Below, piece after piece: positions 28,310 to 36,486 of a DNA stretch of 50,888 nt. A program made the translations under genes and the position numbers. The stretch spans positions 1 to 50,888 of the forward strand of contig JAQBHB010000099.1 in assembly GCA_032128115.1 (NCBI GenBank), read 5' to 3'. Under the pieces are notes generated by a model. It was not told where the DNA came from, did not search any database, and was given only the letters and a program-made list of their open reading frames with translations. Position 1 is the stretch's first letter; every line of letters begins with the position of its first letter. The stretch is from Deltaproteobacteria bacterium. GTDB taxonomy: Bacteria > Myxococcota_A > UBA9160 > SMWR01.

Positions 28310-29884
28310 TCACCCCTGAGGCGCCTGGGTACGACGGCTGAACCAGCCGCCGGTCCAGGCGTCGATGCCGGCCGCGAGTTCGTCAGTTCGCAATTTCAGT
28401 CGGTGGCGCTCCACAGCGTCGGCCTCGGCCGCCCACTCCGCCAGCACCCGCCTCCGCTCGAAATAGAGCTGCGTGATCTCATCGAGCACGTCGTCTCGCA
28501 GCTCGATCAGCTCGCGGGTCTCGCGGGAGATGTCGATCTCCTCCGGGTGGTAGACAAGCCCTGGAAGATCCCAGACGAGGGTGACCCCCAGCCCCCAATC
28601 GCGGCTATGCGTCTCGTCGCGGTCGTTCAGACGACGCAATTCGCCGGAGAGAAACGCCTCGTCCAGGTCCCAGCCGCGATCGGCGCCGTCGTCGTAGCCC
28701 GTGCGCAGAGTCGCCACGGGCAACCAGGAGCGCCGGTTGACCCGTTGGCGCATGGACTCGATCTGGTGGCGCTGGAGGTTCAGGTAGGCGACGGCGGCGC
28801 GATGCACGTCCCCGATGGTCGGCTCGCTCGACACCGGGGGATCGGATGCCGCGGAGCCCATCCGCTGCGGTTGAAGGCGACCTGCGACCAGCCCGGATTC
28901 GGTGGCGACGTAGATCTCGCCGGCACCGCTCACCACGCTGCGGATGCCCGCCGTGGCCGCGGCGCCGGACACCCGACGCCAGGGCCCATCCAGCGAGTCG
29001 CTCTCGAGCAATCCCCGATCCGTGGCCAGCCAGAATCGATCCAGTGCCCACGTGAGGCGGCGCGCGCGGGCACCCGGTGGCAGCGACAACCGCCGGACGC
29101 GCCAGCCGCCACCGGAATCGGGCGTCGCCAGGGCACTCGGCAACACGATGGCGACGCCGCCCCCGGGAAGGTCGAGCACCACATCCACCGGCTCGCCATC
29201 CCGTGAGGTCAGCGGCAGTGTCTCCCGCTGGCTGATGCCCAGGACCAGGGTTCCCGCCACCGAGCGCAGCCGGGTTCGCCACACGCTCCCAGCGACTACC
29301 GTCCAGCATTCGAAATCGGATCCATCGGGGCGCAGTGCAACCGCGGTCGCGGGGCCCGACGGAAGCGCCACCGACAGCGGCCTCCAACGCTCGAGATCGC
29401 GCGAGATCCGAACGCCCGAGTCGGTTGCCAGCGCCGCGATTTCCGGCAGTGCCGCAATCCGCGTAGCGGGGCCGCTCGACGCCCCCGGGCCCAGCTCGAG
29501 CGGCAGCACCCGACCGTCGATGTCCACCCGATACGCGCCAGCGTCGGTGGCCACCAGCAGCACCCCGGCGCCTTGTCCGACGCCTGGAACGAACGCCAGA
29601 TCCAGCACCGGACCGCGACGCAGGATTCGCCGCGCCAGTTCTCCCGAGCGGCTCGAGAGCACGCCTCGGTCGTCGCCGATCGCCAGACGCCCGGTCGCCG
29701 GGTGATACGCCAGCGCCGTGGATTCACTCCCCCGCACGCCGGGAAGCACGCGTTCCCACTCTACAACGGTCGAGGCGAAAACCGGCAGGGGCGAAGCGAA
29801 CACCGGCGCACCCGAGCCCAGAAGCGAGAGCCCGAGCCCCAGGAGCGCCGGGTGGCGGCGCCGCGAGCCGATCTGGATCCGCAT
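28310..29884 (-). CDS. Secreted protein: beta-propeller-like N-terminus plus a single TolC/OEP-like repeat
   Basis: Signal peptide; repeated LxxATDxG blade motifs; C-terminal helix-LP-beta hairpin (WGLGVTLVWDL)-helices with ITQLYFERRR and IDAWTGG. Confidence 0.7.
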   Translation of the reverse strand: MRIQIGSRRRHPALLGLGLSLLGSGAPVFASPLPVFASTVVEWERVLPGVRGSESTALAYHPATGRLAIGDDRGVLSSRSGELARRILRRGPVLDLAFVPGVGQGAGVLLVATDAGAYRVDIDGRVLPLELGPGASSGPATRIAALPEIAALATDSGVRISRDLERWRPLSVALPSGPATAVALRPDGSDFECWTVVAGSVWRTRLRSVAGTLVLGISQRETLPLTSRDGEPVDVVLDLPGGGVAIVLPSALATPDSGGGWRVRRLSLPPGARARRLTWALDRFWLATDRGLLESDSLDGPWRRVSGAAATAGIRSVVSGAGEIYVATESGLVAGRLQPQRMGSAASDPPVSSEPTIGDVHRAAVAYLNLQRHQIESMRQRVNRRSWLPVATLRTGYDDGADRGWDLDEAFLSGELRRLNDRDETHSRDWGLGVTLVWDLPGLVYHPEEIDISRETRELIELRDDVLDEITQLYFERRRVLAEWAAEADAVERHRLKLRTDELAAGIDAWTGGWFSRRTQAPQG

Positions 29885-29896
29885 GCGATCGGGACG

Positions 29897-29912
29897 AGCA
29901 AGGAGTGTGCCG
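29897..29912 (-). promoter_or_regulatory. Sigma54 -24/-12 promoter
   Basis: CGGCAC-ACTCC-TTGCT ending 12 nt before ATG 29884. Confidence 0.65.
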
Positions 29913-30041
29913 GTCGCTCGCGTGCGCTAGAGGCCCCGCAACCTCGATTCGTCAACCTCCAGTCACAATCCGCCGGAGCCTGGGCGGGCTCGCCGCTCCG
30001 CCAGCTTGACGGCGGCGACACCCTCCAGAAGAATCGCCGGC

Positions 30042-30431
30042 ATGCCGCGCGCAACCCGGCACCACCCTGCGTTCTGGCGCCGCGGCCGCGTCTGGCTCCT
30101 GACCGGGGCACTCGCCGCCGCTGGGGGACCCGTCTGGGGCGACGCCGTCCCGGACGCCGACGACGCGCCTGTTCCCGCGGCCGAAGCAGCCGCTGCCCCG
30201 GAGACGAAGGTTTTCGACCCGGGCGCCCTCGACGCCCGCATTCGCGAGCTCGAGGCCGCCATCGCGCGAGACGGGGAAACCCTCAAGGCGTGGGTGGCTG
30301 CCGGCCCCGATGCGGGTTCAGCCTCCTTCGACCAGTCGCCGGAGCTGCGAGAGATTGCCGGTCGGCTACCGCGGCTCCAATCCGAACTGAGCGAGCTGCG
30401 CCAGAAGCGCGCGGCGCTCGCTGCGCCCTGA
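30042..30431 (+). CDS. Hypothetical secreted coiled-coil protein
   Basis: Basic N-region, hydrophobic stretch and two amphipathic helices; preceded by TTGACG-17-AAGAAT (30006-30034); stop 8 bp before cofD. Confidence 0.6.
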   Translation: MPRATRHHPAFWRRGRVWLLTGALAAAGGPVWGDAVPDADDAPVPAAEAAAAPETKVFDPGALDARIRELEAAIARDGETLKAWVAAGPDAGSASFDQSPELREIAGRLPRLQSELSELRQKRAALAAP

Positions 30432-30439
30432 CCGGACCC

Positions 30440-31399
30440 GTGGCGGAAGCGTCCGAGCAGACCTCCCCCGTGGTGGCACTCGCGGGCGGCGTGGGAGCTG
30501 CCCGGTTTCTCCGCGGCGTGGTGCAGGTGAGGGATCCCGCCGCCGTGACGGCCGTGGTGAACACCGGCGATGATTCCTTCTTCTACGGCGCCCACGTGGC
30601 ACCCGACCTGGACATCGTTACCTACACCCTCGCCGGACTCGTGGATTCCGAACGGGGCTACGGCCTTGAGGGCGATACGTTCGCGCTGCTGGACGCCCTG
30701 GCCGCCCTGGGCCACGAGACCTGGTTCCGACTCGGCGACCGCGACTTCGCCACCTGCCATCATCGCACCCTGGCCCTGCGTCTGGGGGCGGGGCTGGCCG
30801 GCGTGACGGACGAGATCCGCGAGCGATTCGGGGTTGCGACGCGAATCCTGCCCATGTCCGAGGATCCGTGTCCCACCTGGGTCGAGCTCACCGACGGAAG
30901 CCGCGCCCACTTCGAGGAGTATCTGGTTCGCGACGGCGCGCCCGACACGGTGAAGCGCGTGCACCTGGACGCGGCGGAGCGGGCGCGCCCGGCCCCGGGC
31001 GTACTCGAGGCGCTGGAGTCGGCCGAGGTGCTGCTCATCTGCCCAAGCAATCCGGTGGTTTCGATCGGCCCCATCCTGAGCGTGCCCGGAGTTCGCGACG
31101 CCATGCGCGCATCGGGTGCACCGGTGATCGCGGTTTCTCCCATCGTGGGAGGCGCTCCGGTAAAAGGCCCCGCCGATCGCCTCCTGCGCGGCATCGGAGT
31201 CGAGGTGTCGGCGCGAGGCGTGGCCGGTATGTACCGCGACTTCATCGACGGCTTCGTTCTCGACGAGCGCGACGCCGATCAGGCCGGCGACATCGAGGCC
31301 ATGGACCTGCGTGTGGCCGTGCTCGACACCTTGATGCGCAACGCGGAAGCTTCGGCGCGCGTGGCAAGGGCCGCCCTCGACCTGGCGCAGGAACTGTGA
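30440..31399 (+). CDS. cofD: 2-phospho-L-lactate/PEP transferase (F420-0 synthesis)
   Basis: LAGGVGAARFL, VNTGDD, PDLDIVTYTLAG, WFRLGDRD, HFEEY, PSNPVVSIGPIL, VSPIVGG..VKGPA. Confidence 0.95.
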   Translation: MAEASEQTSPVVALAGGVGAARFLRGVVQVRDPAAVTAVVNTGDDSFFYGAHVAPDLDIVTYTLAGLVDSERGYGLEGDTFALLDALAALGHETWFRLGDRDFATCHHRTLALRLGAGLAGVTDEIRERFGVATRILPMSEDPCPTWVELTDGSRAHFEEYLVRDGAPDTVKRVHLDAAERARPAPGVLEALESAEVLLICPSNPVVSIGPILSVPGVRDAMRASGAPVIAVSPIVGGAPVKGPADRLLRGIGVEVSARGVAGMYRDFIDGFVLDERDADQAGDIEAMDLRVAVLDTLMRNAEASARVARAALDLAQEL

Positions 31400-32067
31400 T
31401 GATCCCCGCAGTGGTTCCCGTGGCGACCCTGCGCGGCACCAAGTCGCGCTTGCGCCCCCACCTGGGCGACGACGCCACGGCACGGCTCACCCTGGCCATG
31501 CTCGGCGACGTGCTGGAGGCGCTGATCGCCGTGCCGGATCTTTCGCCCGTGGCGGTGGTGACCCCCGATGCCGACGTGGCGCGCGCCGCCCGCGCCCAGG
31601 GTGCCCTGGCCCTGCATCGACCGGACGCGGGACTCAACCCCGCCGTGGAGGGGGCCGTTCGCGAGCTGGCTACCGATCCTGCGCGCGGCGCCCTGGTGAT
31701 GCTCGGCGACGTTCCCGGGGCGCGCCCCGAAGAGATCGCCCAGTTGTTGCGGGCACTCGACGGCTGCGCCGGGCCCGGCGTGGCGCTGGCGCCCGCCGGC
31801 GATGGAGGTACGGCAGCGCTGTTGCGGGTGCCGACGGACGCGATTCCGGCGCGCTTCGGACTCGAGAGCGCCAAGGCCCACCGGGAAGCGGCGGCGCAAG
31901 CCGGCGTGGTCTTCCGCGAGGTGCGCCTGGCCTCGATGGCGCTCGACATCGACGAGATCGAGGACCTGGAGGCGTTCGAGCGCCTGGCGGCCGGCGGAAC
32001 TCGCACGCGTGCCGTGCTCACGTCCATTGCCCAGAACCCATCTGTCGCCCGGAAGTCGTCGCCGTGA
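31399..32067 (+). CDS. cofC: 2-phospho-L-lactate/PEP guanylyltransferase
   Basis: VVPV...KSRL, AMLGDVL, VVTPD, GLNPA, GDVP, DGGT, RFG.ES..H, LDIDEIEDL; ATG overlaps the cofD stop. Confidence 0.9.
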   Translation: MIPAVVPVATLRGTKSRLRPHLGDDATARLTLAMLGDVLEALIAVPDLSPVAVVTPDADVARAARAQGALALHRPDAGLNPAVEGAVRELATDPARGALVMLGDVPGARPEEIAQLLRALDGCAGPGVALAPAGDGGTAALLRVPTDAIPARFGLESAKAHREAAAQAGVVFREVRLASMALDIDEIEDLEAFERLAAGGTRTRAVLTSIAQNPSVARKSSP

Positions 32068-32822
32068 GAGGGTCGCCTGCGCCCCTGCGGCTGGTACCCC
32101 TGCACGGTGTGCCCGCGGTAGCTCCGGGCGACGACCTGGCGGCACTGTTGGGCGCTGCGGCGAACCGGGCCGGCGTGTCGCTGGCGAACGGCGCCCTGGT
32201 GGTGTGCCAGAAGGTGGTTTCCAAGGCCGAGGGCCGCCTGATGGCGCTCGCCGACGTGGAGCCGTCGGAGGAGGCGAAACGAATTGCCAAACAGGACGCC
32301 AAGGATCCGCGCCACATCGAGATCGTGCTGCGCGAGAGCGTGCGCACGGTGCGCCACGGTCACCGGGTGCTGATCTGCGAAACCCGCCATGGCTTCGTGT
32401 GCGCAAACGCGGGCGTCGACCTCTCGAACGCGCCCGGGCCGGACGTGGCGGTGCTGCTGCCGCTGGATCCCGACGCCTCGGCGGCCGCGCTGCGCGATGA
32501 CCTGGTTCGGGCCGGAGCCGGACCGCTGGCGGTGATCGTGTCCGACACGTTCGGGCGCCCGTGGCGCGAGGGTCTGGTGGACGTGGCCATCGGTTGCGCC
32601 GGCATCGCTCCCATCGACGACCGCACGGGACAGAAAGACTGGAGCGGCCGCGAGCTGCAGGTCACGGCCACCGCCACGGCCGATCAACTCGCCGCCGCCG
32701 CCGGCCTGCTCATGTGCAAGGACGCCGGGATTCCGGCGGTCTGGATCGATGGCATCGCCCCCGACGGCGACGGCCGCGTCCGCGACACCCTGCGCACTCC
32801 CGAATCGGACCTGTTCCGCTGA
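32064..32822 (+). CDS. cofE: Coenzyme F420-0:L-glutamate ligase (single-domain)
   Basis: QKVVSKAEGR, ETRHGFVCANAGVDLSN, LLPLDPDASA, SDTFGRPWREG, DLFR terminus. Confidence 0.95.
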   Translation: MRGSPAPLRLVPLHGVPAVAPGDDLAALLGAAANRAGVSLANGALVVCQKVVSKAEGRLMALADVEPSEEAKRIAKQDAKDPRHIEIVLRESVRTVRHGHRVLICETRHGFVCANAGVDLSNAPGPDVAVLLPLDPDASAAALRDDLVRAGAGPLAVIVSDTFGRPWREGLVDVAIGCAGIAPIDDRTGQKDWSGRELQVTATATADQLAAAAGLLMCKDAGIPAVWIDGIAPDGDGRVRDTLRTPESDLFR

Positions 32823-32831
32823 GCGCGTTCG

Positions 32832-34064
32832 CTAGGGTGCGAAGATCCGCTCGACGCCCTCTTCGCTGAAGATTTCGGCGGGCAGGGCGTCGGGGCCCGT
32901 GAAGGCGGCGAGCGCCAGCATCGCCAGCTCGGGACGCTCGACGAGCCGCGCCCACGCGCGGGTGCGGCGCTCGACGGCCTCGGTTCCGAAACGGGCGTAC
33001 AGGTTCGTGACGAACCGGGCGGAAATCCGCAGCCGTCGCAGGCGTTCGCGGCGCTCCTCGCCATACGGCTCGAACAGATCGGATTTCCATTCGCCGCTGC
33101 CGGCGAGCAGGTCCCGCACCAGGCGCACGTCGCGAAGCGTGAGGGACTGTCCCTGACCGATGATGGGATCGTTGTAGCCCGCGGCATCACCCACCAGCAC
33201 GACCCCCTCCGAAAACGGACGCTCCGTCCAGGCATCCTGGCTGGGAAACGAGCCACACGGGCCGATGGGCCTCGCCGACGCCAGGCACCCGCTGTGGGGC
33301 ACGCACTCGGTGTCGAAACATTCGAGAAATCGCGCGGCCCCCTTGGCGCCCGAAAAGCGCCCCTTCTGTTCGAGGGCGTAGTCCGCGTAGAGCCTGACCT
33401 TTCCCTTTCCCTGGGGAAACACCAGGTAGTAGATGTCGCCCACCTTGCCCGTGGCCTGGAGATCCTCGGGCCAGTCGTGGGCCCCCTCGATCAGCAAGCC
33501 GGCCAGCAGGTGATCGATGGGATCCTCGTGGAGTTCGATCCCCACCTGCCTGCGCACCGTCGAGGCGCGGCCGTCGGCGCCCACGATCAGGCGACAGGCA
33601 ACGCGGTGTTCCTCGCCGTCGTGATGAAAGCGCACCCCGGGATCGCTTCCGGCTGTCACCTTGACGCCCGTCGCGCCCCGCCGCACCTGGGCGCCCGCCC
33701 TGCGCGCGCGCTCCAGCAGGGTGTTCTGCATGACCACGTGCTCGAGACACAGGGGGCCGTCGCTCTCCGGGTGAATGGAGTCGAGACGGATCCCCGCCGC
33801 CTCCGCCGCGTCGATTCCCAGCATCTCGTCGTAGCCGATGTTGCGGGAGAGGGTATGGCCCCCGGCGGCCACGAGTGCGTCGAACAGACCGAGCCGCTTC
33901 GCTTCGGCCACTCCCCAGGGAGCGAGCCACTCGCCGCGAACCCGGTCCTCGAAATCCGCGGTGCGCTCCAGCACGGATACGGAGTGCCCCGCCTGGGCCA
34001 AAGCAGCCCCCAGCGACGAGCCCCCCAGCCCAGCCCCCACGATGACGACGTCCACGCGTTCCAC
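32832..34064 (-). CDS. FAD-dependent monooxygenase/oxidoreductase (UbiH/PHBH-like)
   Basis: GAGLGG Rossmann motif, RGE, IVGADG, LVGDAA...DPIIGQG. Confidence 0.88.
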   Translation of the reverse strand: MERVDVVIVGAGLGGSSLGAALAQAGHSVSVLERTADFEDRVRGEWLAPWGVAEAKRLGLFDALVAAGGHTLSRNIGYDEMLGIDAAEAAGIRLDSIHPESDGPLCLEHVVMQNTLLERARRAGAQVRRGATGVKVTAGSDPGVRFHHDGEEHRVACRLIVGADGRASTVRRQVGIELHEDPIDHLLAGLLIEGAHDWPEDLQATGKVGDIYYLVFPQGKGKVRLYADYALEQKGRFSGAKGAARFLECFDTECVPHSGCLASARPIGPCGSFPSQDAWTERPFSEGVVLVGDAAGYNDPIIGQGQSLTLRDVRLVRDLLAGSGEWKSDLFEPYGEERRERLRRLRISARFVTNLYARFGTEAVERRTRAWARLVERPELAMLALAAFTGPDALPAEIFSEEGVERIFAP

Positions 34065-34077
34065 AGCTTGTCCCCGT

Positions 34078-34674
34078 CTATCGCGAAGCCAGGCGCTCGT
34101 CGATGGCGTGCCAGAGGTCGTCCAGGCCGATGCCCTTGTCGGCCGAGGTGGCTACCACGCGTTGCTTGGGCAGGGGGACGGCGGCCTTGAGTTCGCGCAC
34201 CCGCGCCGCCCGGCGCATGGGCTTGAACTTGTCCGCCTTGGTGAGCGCCAGGATCACGGGCACGTCGCGTTCAGCCAGCCAGTCGATCAACAGGGTCTCG
34301 TCTTCGGAGATGTCGCGCCTCAGATCCTGGAGCAATACCGCCACGCGCAGCGGTGCGCGATCTCCCAGGTAGGATTCCACCAGCAGCTTCCAGCGCTGTC
34401 GCTCGGCCATGGAGACCTTGGCGTAGCCGTACCCGGGAAGGTCCACGAGCAACAGGTCGGACCGGGGGCGCTCGACCCGGTACCAGTGCACCAGCCGGGT
34501 CTTGCCCGGCTCGCCGCTCGTGTACGCGAGCTTGCGACGATGGGCCAGCTTGTTGATCAGGCTCGACTTGCCCACGTTGGAGCGACCGAGAAAGGCCACC
34601 TCGGGAGTTCCCGGGGCGGGAAAGCCCTCCGGGCCCGCGGCGGTGGCCACCCATTCCGAGCGCAGGATCTTCAC
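34078..34674 (-). CDS. engB: Ribosome biogenesis GTPase EngB/YihA/YsxC
   Basis: GRSNVGKSSLIN, PGKT, DLPGYGYAK, TKADK; GTG start with GGGAG RBS. Confidence 0.95.
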   Translation of the reverse strand: MKILRSEWVATAAGPEGFPAPGTPEVAFLGRSNVGKSSLINKLAHRRKLAYTSGEPGKTRLVHWYRVERPRSDLLLVDLPGYGYAKVSMAERQRWKLLVESYLGDRAPLRVAVLLQDLRRDISEDETLLIDWLAERDVPVILALTKADKFKPMRRAARVRELKAAVPLPKQRVVATSADKGIGLDDLWHAIDERLASR

Positions 34675-34690
34675 GGGCTCCCTATCCCTC

Positions 34691-35845
34691 TCACCCGAGC
34701 TCGGGGAGCACGCGCTCCAGCCGCTCCAGCGCTTCCTGGATGGAAGCCTCCGACGCGGCGGCGCAGAAACGCAACCAGCCCTCGCCGGCCTCTCCGAAAT
34801 CGATGCCGGGCGCCGTGCCCACGTGGGCGCGCTCCAGCAGATCGAACGCCAGGCGCAGCGAATCCGCTCCGAAGGCGCGGGCGTCGGCGAACACATAGAA
34901 GGCGCCCCGGGGCAGAACGGGCACGCCGAAGCCGAGCTTTCGCAAGCCATGCACCAACAACATGCGCCGCTGAGCATACGCGCTCCGCATGGCCGCCACG
35001 CTGGCCGCCCCCTCGCGCAGGGCCGCGAGACCTGCGTGCTGCACGAAGCGGTTGGCGGAGATGAACAGGTTCTGCTGCATGATGTGGAGCGACCGTCCTG
35101 CCGACTCGGGCGCGATGACGTAGCCGAGCCTGAAGCCGGTCATGGCATAGCGCTTCGAGAACCCGTCGAGCACGAACGCCTCTTCAGTTACCCGAAGCGC
35201 CGACGTTACCACCGCGTCGTCGTAGACGAGCCCATCGTAGATCTGGTCGGAAATCAGGGGCGGCCCGATCTCGGCGAGCGCCCGCAGGGTCGCCTCCTCC
35301 TGCACCGCGCCGGTGGGATTGGCCGGCGAGGCCAGCACGATGGCCCGGGTACGAGGCGTCACGGCGCGGCGTACGGCGTCGGCATCGAGCTGGTAGCCGG
35401 TGGCAGGGTCCATGGGAACGAAGACGGGCACGCCGCCGGCTACCCGGATGAAGTTCGGGTAACACGGATAGTGGGGCGTTCCCAGGATCACCTCGTCGCC
35501 CTCTCCCACCAGCAGCAAGAACACCAGCAGCATCGCGCTCGACGTTCCGTTGGTCACGAGCACCCGCTCGGGATCCAGTGAGACTCCGGCGCGGCGGCTG
35601 TGATCGGCGGCGATGGCCTCGCGCAGCTCCACCAGTCCGCGGCTGTCCGAGTAGTTCGTCTCGCCGCCGCGCAGGGCCGCAACGCAAGCCTCCACGGCGG
35701 CTTCCGGGGGCGGAAAATCGGGCTCCCCCACCTCCAGGTGGATCACCCGCGTGCCCTCGCGCTCCATGGCGAAGGCCCGCTCCATCACCTCCATGGCCAG
35801 GAAGGGCTCGATCCGGTCCACGCGCGCGGCCCGTTGGTACGCCAT
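34691..35845 (-). CDS. PLP-dependent aminotransferase class I/II
   Basis: GEPDF, SPANPTG, SDQIY, GFSKRYAMTGFRLG, GAFYVF. Confidence 0.93.
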   Translation of the reverse strand: MAYQRAARVDRIEPFLAMEVMERAFAMEREGTRVIHLEVGEPDFPPPEAAVEACVAALRGGETNYSDSRGLVELREAIAADHSRRAGVSLDPERVLVTNGTSSAMLLVFLLLVGEGDEVILGTPHYPCYPNFIRVAGGVPVFVPMDPATGYQLDADAVRRAVTPRTRAIVLASPANPTGAVQEEATLRALAEIGPPLISDQIYDGLVYDDAVVTSALRVTEEAFVLDGFSKRYAMTGFRLGYVIAPESAGRSLHIMQQNLFISANRFVQHAGLAALREGAASVAAMRSAYAQRRMLLVHGLRKLGFGVPVLPRGAFYVFADARAFGADSLRLAFDLLERAHVGTAPGIDFGEAGEGWLRFCAAASEASIQEALERLERVLPELG

Positions 35846-36017
35846 GGCGTCCGGGTAGCGAGGCGGCTCCCCGGCGTCAAGGGGATCGCTTTCGCAAGTA
35901 TCTGGATTCACGTGGATTTCCGGCGCGTCGCCTTGGCAGCGGGCAGCCGCGCTGATAGCATCGGCGCTCGCTGATACCTTCCCGGCGAGTTCCAGCCCAT
36001 CAGAAGAGGAGCCTCGC

Positions 36018-36458
36018 ATGTCCAAGGGCGTCCAGATCGCCGGCGGGGCCACGATGATCGCGCTTCTGCTCGGGTGGTACGCGTCTTCGAACCTGGAGAC
36101 GATCGCCTACTACCAGACCCTCGCTGAGTTCCAGGTGGAGGCTTCCGACCGCATGGGCGAAGCCTCGCGGGTGCACGGCTACGTGGCGCTGGGTTCGATC
36201 GAGCGCGACGTCACCTCGAAGCAGGTGCGCTTCGCCGTGCAGAACGAACCTCCCCACGCGGGGGGCGCAAGCGATCACAGCCTGGGCGTGGTGCTGACGG
36301 GGCTCGAGACCCCGGACCTCTTCAAGGATGGGGCCGAGGTGGTGGTCGAGGGCCGCCTCAGCAGCGACGGGGGCCACCCGGTCTTCCGCGCCGACAAGGT
36401 GATGGCCAAGTGCCCGTCGAAATTCGAGGCGAAACTGACCGAGTCGGCCGAGTTCTGA
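36018..36458 (+). CDS. ccmE: Cytochrome c maturation heme chaperone CcmE, Cys variant
   Basis: N-terminal TM, PDLFKDGAEVVVEG, MAKCPSKF; GAGGAG RBS. Confidence 0.92.
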   Translation: MSKGVQIAGGATMIALLLGWYASSNLETIAYYQTLAEFQVEASDRMGEASRVHGYVALGSIERDVTSKQVRFAVQNEPPHAGGASDHSLGVVLTGLETPDLFKDGAEVVVEGRLSSDGGHPVFRADKVMAKCPSKFEAKLTESAEF

Positions 36459-36486
36459 TCGGCACCGCAGTCTCCGAGGAACCTCC

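Noticed and set aside
29573..30439. Long N-terminal extension on CofD
   Set aside because: Low-complexity, overlaps two other genes; CofD homology starts near 30440.
32832..34064. FAD oxidoreductase as part of the F420 pathway
   Set aside because: Convergent orientation, belongs to the engB-side unit, and is not a nitroreductase-fold FbiB/FbiE.
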